A stretch of DNA of 28,876 bases from Fibrobacteria bacterium (lineage in GTDB: Bacteria > Fibrobacterota > Fibrobacteria > UBA11236). Positions 17,101 through 25,238 of this stretch are shown here, one piece after another. A program made the translations under genes and the position numbers. The notes beneath the pieces were generated by a model. The model saw only the letters and a list, made by a program, of their open reading frames with translations, was not told the origin of the DNA and ran no database searches. Within the stretch, counting starts at the first letter, position 1. The number at the start of each line of letters is the position of its first letter. Location of the stretch: positions 1-28,876 of the forward strand of contig JAYTHY010000085.1 of the NCBI GenBank assembly GCA_043732185.1, written 5' to 3'.

Positions 17101-17258
17101 TCCGTTCCTTAAAGGTAAAGAACCTGAATGCTGGTTTGCAAACCGTGGAAATGACGTCGCGGGATAGTCAAGATCAGCCGCTGATGCCCGGTACCTATTA
17201 CTGTCGCATCCAAAGCAATCGATTGGATAAAACGGTCAAAGTGGTTTTACCTCCATAG
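14115..17258 (+). CDS. Secreted GH78-like alpha-L-rhamnosidase with F5/8 type C (CBM32) domain and C-terminal FlgD-Ig/CTD-like domain
   Basis: Signal peptide from ATG 14115 or 14124 (ORF is open from 14064). ADNRYQLWING N-domain, EDCPWERAEW catalytic region, IQPRLGDL..G.V.V.W C-domain, NLALNTAVSASS..ATDG..WVAVDLG..FPQDFTIQVS discoidin domain, and tail PGTYYCRI..KVV. Confidence 0.82.
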   Translation: MHKMNKFIFASFAALIMLSVPTLGATADILQASIIYHSDASQRAVGFRKQFQVPTTGANANLFIFADNRYQLWINGQFVWRGPARFDPKRPEYDSLNVGSYLTAGTNTIAVLVYGHVTNSNGLDNRGNGRSMDHAPGLAVQVVGQGFSVSTDNTWRCSNNTRFRPPAVDWADVKDRVDATFETGDWLLPDFIDTAWPTAVAVAGSQWGLLHSRITPLLRSTVTPYTITGRTLPFQVTGATTLTLSLARNIVGYVVLDFDADAGSVIVVGGRHQYTARAGRQTYLTGEAFGSGSQSDVNTLSLTIQVNSGRVNFFDIKIFNYIYPFDRAASFTSNDAMLNRYWEVMAHSLPQMSEDGYEDCPWERAEWMGGMDHVYDFTRVAFSAPGPNGSPVYGDSRLMAKMIMDIGQSQQADGRIKAHHPSDRWDIHGYIEDYNCVWMWDIWQHYQVTGDKAFVAELWPVVQKQLKLFQDSIKTNGLINAREFFIFDNPYAYQVCQGATLNAFLYKALLAAASLAGVVQSPADSIKYAGMAMALKNSFNSLLWDPVAGTFKGRVGGNVTLHAAVTALYSGIVSQANLPSTQSWLLRQDAGPIAFPWIFNYWFRDLYSMNSDVADQAALQIIRTKFNNTWNANNPGYVTSEANNGGRNFHCYGMVPGYFFGAYLLGVQADLPVSNKRISIQPRLGDLTSASGTVVTEHGLVPVTWARSDTSLDFTCNVPTGTTARMSLPVSGRTRLVVDGLVKLACGVPPAAGVSVDSRSVSLDLGPGPHTGHFGSPSKNLALNTAVSASSSVTGSGWSTANATDGLQQSLVSSLGWSSSSNLTVSHREWVAVDLGSAAQVDQVVLYPRTDAGSIGYGFPQDFTIQVSKDSLTWDTVATLVGYALPSGVAQRFAFAARPTVRYVKIDGTLLRPNPNDANQYRMQFAEIEIPGLACLPVGILPGFERFSQNAISEEGVDVSVLALKSSVKTINLHFHLVEKLTEVSIGLYTSKGREVRSLKVKNLNAGLQTVEMTSRDSQDQPLMPGTYYCRIQSNRLDKTVKVVLPP

Positions 17259-17336
17259 TTTTTGGCCGGGCCAAATACGTAGTGGTACCATAAGGCGTAT
17301 TTAGAAGTTGGATACAAATCCTATATTTATCATCCA

Positions 17337-18620
17337 ATGAAAATTCTGATAATCGGTTCTGGTGGCCGTGAACATGCGATTGGTTTAAAATTATCCCAAT
17401 CCCTGCAAAAGCCTTCCCTGGTTTTTGCGCCTGGTAATCCGGGCATGGAGCAATTGGGGAACTGTTTTCCCGTTGGCGCAGAAGACTTAAGTGGACTCTT
17501 AGCCCTTGCTCAAGACCAAAAAGTCGACCTTACTTTTGTTGGGCCGGAGCAGCCTTTGGTGGCCGGCATCGTGGATCTTTTTCAGGCTAAGGGACTGCGT
17601 ATATTTGGACCGAGTCAAGCGGCGGCAGCCTTGGAAGGGAGCAAAGCCTTTTCAAAGAACTTCATGCAGCGCCACGCCATTCCTACGGCGCAGTATCAGA
17701 CTTTCAAAAGTTTGCAACCCGCTCTCAACCACCTTCACCAGGTTGGCGCGCCTATTGTTATTAAGGCCAGCGGTTTGGCTGGAGGGAAAGGCGCAGTGGT
17801 GTGCATGACCCAATCTGAAGCCGAAGCGGCAGTGGAGTCGATGCTTGGACCAAAGGCGGTTTTTGGATCAGCTGGGTCGGAAGTCGTTATTGAGGAGTTT
17901 ATGGAAGGCGAAGAGGCTTCTGTCTTCGCCCTGACAGATGGAGAATCGTTTGTGGTATTGCCTTCCGCACAGGATCACAAGCGCATTGGTGATGGGGACG
18001 TAGGTCCCAATACGGGGGGCATGGGAGCCTATTCTCCCGCGCCTATCATGTCAGCGGAAATGCTCGAAAAGGTTTCCCGCACCATCATTTCACCTACACT
18101 TCAAGGAATGCGGCAGGAAGGGATCCCTTACCGCGGTATTTTGTTTGTGGGTGTGATGGTCACGGCGCAGGGCCCTAAGGTGGTCGAGTTCAATTGCAGG
18201 CTGGGTGATCCGGAAACTCAGGTGATTTTGCCGATTTTGGAGGAGGACTTTCTCGAGCTTATCTTGGCTTCCCTCGACGGACGTTTGGGAAGCCTTGAGG
18301 TTCATGCGCCTAAGTCATGGGCTGCGGTTGTGGTCCTTGCAGCGGAAGGGTATCCAGGTGCTTATTCGACGGGCAGGCCGGTATTGGGGTTGCAGGGATT
18401 AAATGGACTCCCTCACACCCAGGCCATCCACGCGGGAACCAAATACCTGGAGGGTAAGTTGGTCACAGCCGGAGGTCGAATTTTAGGCTTGGTCGGACAG
18501 GGTACAACCTTGGAAGCCGCCATCGGTGCCGCCTATGCGGGAATCCCACACATCGAGATTCCTGGTATGCAATTCCGTAAGGATATTGGTAAAAAGGGAC
18601 TGGCCAGATTGGTACCTTAA
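17337..18620 (+). CDS. purD: Phosphoribosylamine--glycine ligase
   Basis: MKILIIGSGGREHA, APGNPG, VGPEQPL, LEGSKAFSK, QDHKRIGDGDVGPNTGGMGAY, EFNCRLGDPETQ and FRKDIG. Confidence 0.98.
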   Translation: MKILIIGSGGREHAIGLKLSQSLQKPSLVFAPGNPGMEQLGNCFPVGAEDLSGLLALAQDQKVDLTFVGPEQPLVAGIVDLFQAKGLRIFGPSQAAAALEGSKAFSKNFMQRHAIPTAQYQTFKSLQPALNHLHQVGAPIVIKASGLAGGKGAVVCMTQSEAEAAVESMLGPKAVFGSAGSEVVIEEFMEGEEASVFALTDGESFVVLPSAQDHKRIGDGDVGPNTGGMGAYSPAPIMSAEMLEKVSRTIISPTLQGMRQEGIPYRGILFVGVMVTAQGPKVVEFNCRLGDPETQVILPILEEDFLELILASLDGRLGSLEVHAPKSWAAVVVLAAEGYPGAYSTGRPVLGLQGLNGLPHTQAIHAGTKYLEGKLVTAGGRILGLVGQGTTLEAAIGAAYAGIPHIEIPGMQFRKDIGKKGLARLVP

Positions 18621-18625
18621 AGGAG

Positions 18626-19453
18626 ATGTCCTTTTTTGCCTTCCAATTCCATCATTACCCAGTTTGGCTGCTGGGATTATTATTGGCACTCGGGGCTCAG
18701 GCCAAACCGCTCGGACCGGCTCCACTTCCCGCTCCTGTCCCAGCCCCTGTACTTGTCCCTGCCCTTGTTCCCGCACCCCTTCGCATTCTCAGTCAGAAGG
18801 CTTTAAAAATACCGGAAAAACTGGTTTTCGATATTACTTGGGGGGGATGGGGTTTCCGCTGGATAAAGGCTGGGCAAGCCACCCTGGAACTTATACCCAC
18901 CTCTGATTCCACCCAGTGGACGATCCAATCCCTAGCACGCTGCAACCATTTCTTTGAATCCTTTTATCCGGTTCGCGACACGGTCTCCTCCCTTATCGAT
19001 GCAAGAGGAATTTTCCCCTTGCGCTTTGACAAGCGGCTACATGAAGGCTCCTACCATGCCCACATATCCGCCGTATACGATCAAACCAACCATAAATTGC
19101 AAACCCAGGACACCATTTTAAGCATTGATCCCTTTACCCATGATGTGCTTTCCGCCTTTTATTTCATCCGAACACAAAAGATTAAGGTGGGCGATAGTTT
19201 TGAATTGGCCGCGGTTTCAGGAAAAAAGAAGTATAACCTGAAGGTTTTGTGCCATGGCCGGGAAGAAATTGTGGTGCCAGCTGGCACATTCCATACGCTC
19301 ATTGTGGAGCCCGTTCTCAAGGGTGACGGTATTTTCAAAGCCAATGGCAAATTGACAATTTGGGTGACGGACGATGAAAGGCATATTCCGGTAAAGATGC
19401 AGAGCAAAATTCCGGTTGGCTCCATAAAAGCGGAGTTGGTTTCGAGATACTGA
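18626..19453 (+). CDS. DUF3108-like exported protein
   Basis: AGGAG RBS directly after the purD stop. Signal peptide, Pro-rich linker, and EKLVFDITW, DVLSAFYFIR, VPAGTF and IWVTDDERHIPVK motifs. Confidence 0.8.
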   Translation: MSFFAFQFHHYPVWLLGLLLALGAQAKPLGPAPLPAPVPAPVLVPALVPAPLRILSQKALKIPEKLVFDITWGGWGFRWIKAGQATLELIPTSDSTQWTIQSLARCNHFFESFYPVRDTVSSLIDARGIFPLRFDKRLHEGSYHAHISAVYDQTNHKLQTQDTILSIDPFTHDVLSAFYFIRTQKIKVGDSFELAAVSGKKKYNLKVLCHGREEIVVPAGTFHTLIVEPVLKGDGIFKANGKLTIWVTDDERHIPVKMQSKIPVGSIKAELVSRY

Positions 19454-19563
19454 ATCGCGGTGAAAAATGAACAATCCTGACCAAAAAATAAACCATATTA
19501 TCCGGAATCGTGTTATATTCTGATGGCACTTTCTGCCGTGAAGCTTTCAACCAAGGAGCCTTT

Positions 19564-20094
19564 GTGAACACCTCACAACTCGATGATATGCAAGACGATA
19601 AGAACAACCAAAACCCTACCCTCACTCCCTCGCAGGATACGGATGATAATGAGTTCGGCGATGAAAGTGCGGAAGCCTCGACGCCGCAGGCTTCAGAAAA
19701 CGACGAAGATGATTTGTGGGATTTGGATGATGAATCGGAACAGAGCCAAACTTCTTTGACTACAGCAACTGTAGCGACTAGTAAAGTCAAAGCTAAAGTT
19801 GCCACTCCGAAAAAAGTTACGGCCAAAGCCAAACCTGCTGCTCCCAAAAAAGTAGCCGTGAAAGCCAAACCGGTTGCCACTAAGAAGGCGGCGGCCAAAG
19901 CCAAGCCAGCCGCAAGAAAAAAAACCGCGGCCAAAGCAAAGAAGAAATCCGGTAAAACCGTGGCACCTAAAAAGAAGGTGTCTCCAAAAGCCAAGGCAAA
20001 AACCAAGACTAAAGTCAAAACCAAAAGTGCCAAGAAGCCAGTAGCTAAGGCTAAGAAAACCAAAGCGAAGAAATCGAAGGGCAAAAAGAAGTAA
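19564..20094 (+). CDS. Histone H1-like Lys/Ala-rich protein with an acidic N-terminal half
   Basis: GTG at 19564 follows AAGGAG (ORF is open from 19510). Asp/Glu-rich N-half, then PKKV/KAKP/AKK repeats, followed by a terminator. Confidence 0.8.
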   Translation: MNTSQLDDMQDDKNNQNPTLTPSQDTDDNEFGDESAEASTPQASENDEDDLWDLDDESEQSQTSLTTATVATSKVKAKVATPKKVTAKAKPAAPKKVAVKAKPVATKKAAAKAKPAARKKTAAKAKKKSGKTVAPKKKVSPKAKAKTKTKVKTKSAKKPVAKAKKTKAKKSKGKKK

Positions 20095-20121
20095 CCTAGC
20101 CGTTACTCGGTAAATGCGTGT

Positions 20122-20159
20122 TGCCCCTTTGGTCATTGACCGGAGGGGCATTTTTATTT
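20122..20159 (+). terminator. Intrinsic terminator
   Basis: Hairpin TGCCCCTTTGGTC-ATT-GACCGGAGGGGCA (two G-U pairs) followed by TTTTTATTT, between convergent genes. Confidence 0.8.
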
Positions 20160-20198
20160 CTGGGAATTATTTACTGATGAAATCAGTGTAGCAGATTT

Positions 20199-22172
20199 TT
20201 AGTGAAACAGCCGGAAGCGTAGGGCCTTGGGGCCAGGGCTTAGGAAGATAACCGTATCCACAGCTGGAAAACTGCGATGGGTAATTTGCAGCTTGTGTTT
20301 TCCCGTCGACAATTCCTTATCCTTAACCGGTGTGGTGCCGATAAACCGGCCGTCAACGATAACTTCGGCAAAGGGAGGAGCGGAGGTGATCGTTAAGCTG
20401 GCTTTGAGGGCAACGGGCTTTTCAACTGCCGGTTTATCTGTCGCATTTTTGATGGCCGGGGATTTTTCGCCTGGGGTTTTTAGAAAGTTTGTCTCTGGGC
20501 TATCAGAGGAATTATTTGCGGCCGACACGGATTCTACACGATGAACGACAGGTTTGGCCGCAATGGGAGCAGGTTCTTTGGCGGGAATTGGCTTGGTTTC
20601 CACTGGCGCCTCATTGGAACCGGAAACAATGACTTCTGCAATGCCGGTTTTGGTCGGGTCTTCTAAGGAAATAACTTTAATCCTAGTCTGCCCGGTTTTC
20701 TGACCCCAGACTTCCCCATCCTGAACGGAAGCAATGGACGGATCTTCACTCTCCCAGCGCACCCCCGGGGCGGCATTGGAAGGCTGGACGGCCACCATGA
20801 ACTTGCGTTTTTGACCTGATTGCAATTCCATCGACCCAGGTTGCAACGCTAAGGACACGACTCGATTGCTGGTTTCAGCAGTCGAATTCACGGAAGTGGT
20901 ATTTCCCGCTGTTGAGGTTGCATGCTCCCCTCCACTGCGAAGCACCAACACCAAAGCAGTGACAAGTAGCGCAACAGCAGCCAAACCTGTACCCACCCAA
21001 ATACCAATGGATTTGGTCTTCGACCCGCCGAAATGAGAACCGCTGCGCCCTCCTCCAGAGCTCCCATTGAAATCCATGTCATCGGACTGTTGAGCTTGTC
21101 GGGCTCCTGAACGAATTCCCGAACCTGGCATATCCCGGGATGCATTCGGCTTTACGCCTGTCCCAACCTTGGGCTTCTCCACCTTCATGCCGGCCTTAAG
21201 GGGAACCTTGGCAGCGCGCGGAGAGGTCTCGTCTGGTCCCGGGGCCGGAGTGAGATCGATTACTGTTTGATTGCCCATTTTGCCAACCTTGTCCAGATAG
21301 TCTCTGGTGGTCTCGGCAGGATCCATTACACCCTTTTGATTCAGATATCCCCGAAGCTGTAGAGAAAGCCACCGAGACCCACCACCCCGGCTTTCCGGGC
21401 TCTTTTGCAGCAGGGTTTCTACCAGATTTTCCAGGATCGGATCCACATCCGGAATAATCGTAGCCAAAGAGGCATGGGGCAGATCACAGATATTGCGCAT
21501 GATGGTGGGAATATTGGGACCAGTGAATGGTTTTCGGCCCGACAGGCAATAATAAAAGCAGGCACCCAGAGAAAACATGTCGGTTTGATGCGTCGGTTTT
21601 TTACCGTCGATTTGTTCCGGCGACATGAAATTGGGCGAGCCGAGAATGCTGCCGGTTTGGGTCAAATTTTGTTCGCTGATATGGGCAATTCCAAAATCCG
21701 CGATTTTAAGTTTGCCATCCCCCATGAACATGATGTTTTCAGGTTTGATATCCCGATGGACGACATTAAATTTTTCAGCGGTTTGGAGGCCTTCGGCAGC
21801 CTGGAAAATGACGGCTGCGGCGACTTCCGGTTCCATGGGTTGCCCACCCAACAGATTCAGAATAAACTGCAAATTTGGACCATCGATATATTCCATCACC
21901 AAATACTGAATGTCCCCTTCGACACCGTAGTCGAAAATTTCCACAATATTGGGATTTCTAAGTCCAGCTGCCGTTTTAGCTTCGACCGTAAACCTGTCGA
22001 GTAGATTGGCATTGGTGGAAAGATGGGAGTGGATGACCTTGACGGCCACCATGCGATTCAGAGCTGGATCTTCGGCCAGATAAACGGTGGCCATGGCACC
22101 CTGACCCAGTTTGGTTAGGGCATTGTACCTACCAAATTTAAGTTGGGCGGTGCTCTTTCCCGGTTTTGACAT
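20199..22172 (-). CDS. Hanks-type membrane Ser/Thr protein kinase with extracytoplasmic Ig-like (Big_2) and PEGA domains
   Basis: LGQGAMATV, VAVK, HRDIKPEN, DFG, MSPEQ and DMFSLG. TM helix IGIWVGTGLAAVALLVTALVLVL. Big_2 segment VRWESEDPSIASV..G. PEGA segment ITSAPPFAEVIVDGRFIGTTP. Confidence 0.93.
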   Translation of the reverse strand: MSKPGKSTAQLKFGRYNALTKLGQGAMATVYLAEDPALNRMVAVKVIHSHLSTNANLLDRFTVEAKTAAGLRNPNIVEIFDYGVEGDIQYLVMEYIDGPNLQFILNLLGGQPMEPEVAAAVIFQAAEGLQTAEKFNVVHRDIKPENIMFMGDGKLKIADFGIAHISEQNLTQTGSILGSPNFMSPEQIDGKKPTHQTDMFSLGACFYYCLSGRKPFTGPNIPTIMRNICDLPHASLATIIPDVDPILENLVETLLQKSPESRGGGSRWLSLQLRGYLNQKGVMDPAETTRDYLDKVGKMGNQTVIDLTPAPGPDETSPRAAKVPLKAGMKVEKPKVGTGVKPNASRDMPGSGIRSGARQAQQSDDMDFNGSSGGGRSGSHFGGSKTKSIGIWVGTGLAAVALLVTALVLVLRSGGEHATSTAGNTTSVNSTAETSNRVVSLALQPGSMELQSGQKRKFMVAVQPSNAAPGVRWESEDPSIASVQDGEVWGQKTGQTRIKVISLEDPTKTGIAEVIVSGSNEAPVETKPIPAKEPAPIAAKPVVHRVESVSAANNSSDSPETNFLKTPGEKSPAIKNATDKPAVEKPVALKASLTITSAPPFAEVIVDGRFIGTTPVKDKELSTGKHKLQITHRSFPAVDTVIFLSPGPKALRFRLFH

Positions 22173-22394
22173 TATCAGCGCCTTTGCGGGTAACCGATTA
22201 AGGTGTGATCGATTAAAGTATAACCCTCTACCACAAAATTGAGGCGGGTTGCAAATCGGACTTTTCCTGACAGAATTTAAAAAATTTGCGCGGTTTACGG
22301 GGCCTGCGCCTACCGGAAGAACCGGGTTTTTTTAACTTTTGGGGCCTGCCTGCGATGAAACATATCATCGTAGAAACCCTGTCCGGAGATCCGC

Positions 22395-25223
22395 ATGATT
22401 GCCAATTCCGTCCGTTCCATCCTGGAAAAACTGAACAAGTATAACCGCAGCATGCTCGAAGGCGCTGTGGGCTCCTGCGTCACGCGATCTCATTATGAGG
22501 TAACGGCCAGCCATATTCTCACCCAGGCCTTGGAAGAAGGCAAAGGCGATCTCCCCTACATCCTCGCCTATTTCAAAGTCAGCGGCGCGCTTTTTAAAAA
22601 TGCATTGGTGCAGGACCTAAAGGAACTGCGCACCGGCAATACCGGCAAGCCAGTTTTTTCACCAACTTTCATGACAATGTTGGAATCTGCTTGGGCGGAA
22701 GCCTCACTCAATCTCGGCCAAAGTGAAATCCGCACAGCAGCCATTCTCCTAGCCCTAAGGCGCGCGCCCGGATCCGTGTCTCCAGGACTCGCCGATCAAT
22801 TGGCCATGATCAATCCAGAAACGTTGCTCGCCAAGTTCGCTGAAATCACAGCCCATTCCAAGGAATCGGAAGACGCACCGCAAGGTACGGACCGTAACGC
22901 AGATGGTACTACAGCCGAAGGCTCGTCTTTATCTCGTTTCACCGTTGACTTTACGGAAATGGCACGCAAGGGAAAAATCGATCCCATCTTTGGCCGCGAC
23001 AATGAAATCCGCATGATCATCGATATTTTATCCCGCCGCCGCAAAAACAACCCAATCATGGTCGGTGAAGCCGGCGTTGGAAAAACCGCCGTGATCGAAG
23101 GATTGGCTTTACGCATTGCCCAAGGTCAAGTGCCTGACATCTTAAAGAATGTGGAAATCCGTATGTTGGACATGGGGCTTTTGGCCGCAGGTGCGGGTGT
23201 GCGCGGCGAATTTGAAAACCGGCTAAAAGGTGTGATCAAGGAAGTTAAAGCGTCCACCACGCCAGTCATCCTCTTTATCGATGAAACGCATACCATCATT
23301 GGGGCAGGTGGAGAAGCCGGCCAGAACGATGCGGCCAACTTGCTCAAACCGGAAATGGCTCGCGGTGAACTGAAAATCATGGGCGCCACAACCATCACTG
23401 AATTCCGGAAGTATTTCGAAAAAGATCCTGCCATGGCACGCCGCTTCCAAATGGTGCGCATCGAAGAACCGGATCCCGCCACGGCAGCCATCATGCTTCG
23501 CGGCCTACGTACTAACTATGAAAAATTCCACGGCGTAAAGATCACGTATGACGGTGTCAAAGCAGCTTGCGACCTCTCGCATAAATTCATTGCCGGTAGA
23601 CAGTTGCCGGATAAGGCTGTGGATCTGCTCGACACCGCGGCTGCCCGGGTGAAAATGGGTTTGTCTGCCAAGCCACCAGTACTCATCAATCTGGAACAAG
23701 CCATCGAGAATATGAAAATCGAAATCATCGCGCTGGAAAAGGACGATGCCTCCGGAATCTTGACCGATCGGGAAATTCTTGGCAACACCAAAGCCCGCTT
23801 GGAACTTGCAATAGCGGAAACCGCCGAAGTCGAAACCCGCTGGTCCACAGAACTAGGAATGGTCAAGGATATCATCGCCATTCAGGATAAGCTGGTAGCG
23901 AACAAGCCTGGCGCCACTGCCGACAAGGATTCCAAGCCTGCCAAAGGCGCTGCCAAAGAGCTCAAAGAAGCGCCCGTTCCGCTTACTGCAGAGGAAGAAA
24001 CCGCCCTGCGCTTGGACATGGAAGGCAAGTGGAAGGCACTGGAAGAATTCCAAGGCGAAAACGCCACCGTGCATGCCCATGTGGGTCCGGAGGTGATTGC
24101 CCAGATTATCGGTGAATGGACCGGCATCCCAGCTGGTAACATGCTAAAAAATGAAGCCCAGTCCTTAATAGAACTGGAACGCACCATCATCGAACGCGTA
24201 GTGGGCCAGGATGCCGGTGTCGAGGAAATTTCCTCTACCTTGCGAAGTGCTAAACTAGGACTCAGCAATCCCGAAGCGCCTATGGGTGTCTTTTTGATTA
24301 CCGGCCCCTCAGGCGTGGGTAAGACGGAAGTGGCTCGCGTTATCTCAGACATTCTGTTCGGCGGTGAAAAATTTGTGGTCACCATCAATATGAGCGAATA
24401 CCAGGACAGCATGTCCATCACCCAGCTTAAAGGGGCCAGTGCCGGTTATGTGGGCTATGGAGACGGCGGCGTGCTAACCGAAGGAGTGCGGAAACGACCC
24501 TATACTGTGGTTATTCTTGACGAGGTTGAGAAAGCCCATAAGGATGTTCTTAACATGTTCTACCAGGTATTCGACAAGGGCATGCTGCGCGATGGTGAAG
24601 GCCGGGACATCAGCTTCCGAAATACCGTCATCATCATGACCAGTAATTTAGGTCTGGACACCATCACACGCGTCCATGCGGAAGGCAGCGCCAACTCCCT
24701 GGATGAATATCGTCAGGCTATATTACAAGAATTGACCGATCACTTTGCCCCGGCGCTGTTGGCCCGGTGTAAGGTGGTTCCGTTCTTGCCACTTGACTCG
24801 GAAGTTCTCAAACGCATCGTCTTCATGAAGCTCATGAAACTAGGCAAGCGATTGATGGAGAAGCATAAACTGGCTTTTGCAGTGGCACCGGAGGTTGTCC
24901 GAGATATTGTCATGCTATGCACCACGTCCCAAAGCGGTGCGCGTAATATCGACACCATCATCGACCAGAAATTGATGCCTGAGATCTCAAAAAATCTCCT
25001 CTATCATATGGCCGAAAGCAAAATCTTTACGCATCTATTCCTGTCTGTGAATGATTCTGGAGGATTCGCCTGCTCCTTTTCCGTCGGGGACTTCCAACTT
25101 CCTGAGAATCAAGCGCCCTTGGCGGAAGAAGACTCTGAAGCGAATGGCGGCGTGGTATCGGAAGAGGAAGCAGCTTTGGTGGCGGAAGGTGAAGAGACGA
25201 CGATTATTGGCAAACCGGAATAA
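22395..25223 (+). CDS. tssH: Type VI secretion AAA+ ATPase ClpV/TssH
   Basis: ClpV-type N-terminus (KLN..R..LEGAVGSCVTRSHYEV), DPIFGRDNEIR, ILSRRRKNNPI, Walker A GEAGVGKT and GPSGVGKT, RQLPDKAVDLLDTA, WTGIP, GYVGYG, QVFDKG and SGARNID. Confidence 0.9.
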   Translation: MIANSVRSILEKLNKYNRSMLEGAVGSCVTRSHYEVTASHILTQALEEGKGDLPYILAYFKVSGALFKNALVQDLKELRTGNTGKPVFSPTFMTMLESAWAEASLNLGQSEIRTAAILLALRRAPGSVSPGLADQLAMINPETLLAKFAEITAHSKESEDAPQGTDRNADGTTAEGSSLSRFTVDFTEMARKGKIDPIFGRDNEIRMIIDILSRRRKNNPIMVGEAGVGKTAVIEGLALRIAQGQVPDILKNVEIRMLDMGLLAAGAGVRGEFENRLKGVIKEVKASTTPVILFIDETHTIIGAGGEAGQNDAANLLKPEMARGELKIMGATTITEFRKYFEKDPAMARRFQMVRIEEPDPATAAIMLRGLRTNYEKFHGVKITYDGVKAACDLSHKFIAGRQLPDKAVDLLDTAAARVKMGLSAKPPVLINLEQAIENMKIEIIALEKDDASGILTDREILGNTKARLELAIAETAEVETRWSTELGMVKDIIAIQDKLVANKPGATADKDSKPAKGAAKELKEAPVPLTAEEETALRLDMEGKWKALEEFQGENATVHAHVGPEVIAQIIGEWTGIPAGNMLKNEAQSLIELERTIIERVVGQDAGVEEISSTLRSAKLGLSNPEAPMGVFLITGPSGVGKTEVARVISDILFGGEKFVVTINMSEYQDSMSITQLKGASAGYVGYGDGGVLTEGVRKRPYTVVILDEVEKAHKDVLNMFYQVFDKGMLRDGEGRDISFRNTVIIMTSNLGLDTITRVHAEGSANSLDEYRQAILQELTDHFAPALLARCKVVPFLPLDSEVLKRIVFMKLMKLGKRLMEKHKLAFAVAPEVVRDIVMLCTTSQSGARNIDTIIDQKLMPEISKNLLYHMAESKIFTHLFLSVNDSGGFACSFSVGDFQLPENQAPLAEEDSEANGGVVSEEEAALVAEGEETTIIGKPE

Positions 25224-25238
25224 TATTTTCCGGGTTGC

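Noticed and set aside
14115..17258. Functional link between the rhamnosidase and a rhamnosylated polyene
   Set aside because: The cluster has no glycosyltransferase and four unrelated genes intervene. Probably coincidence.
17261..17275. TTTGGC-CGG-GCCAAA as the GH78 terminator
   Set aside because: The stem is short and has no downstream U-tract on the plus strand.
18715..18780. Tandem DNA repeat or CRISPR-like array
   Set aside because: It is a degenerate coding repeat for a PAPV-type linker. No repeat-spacer array was seen anywhere in the window.
19335..20151. Long hydrophobic antisense ORFs (19335..20084 and 19693..20151)
   Set aside because: They are mirror images of the Lys/Ala codon repeats. 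The plus-strand gene has an RBS and a terminator.
22395..25223. ClpB chaperone
   Set aside because: The N-terminal domain and the RRRKNNPI and RQLPDKAV motifs are ClpV-type, and the middle domain is not the long ClpB coiled coil.
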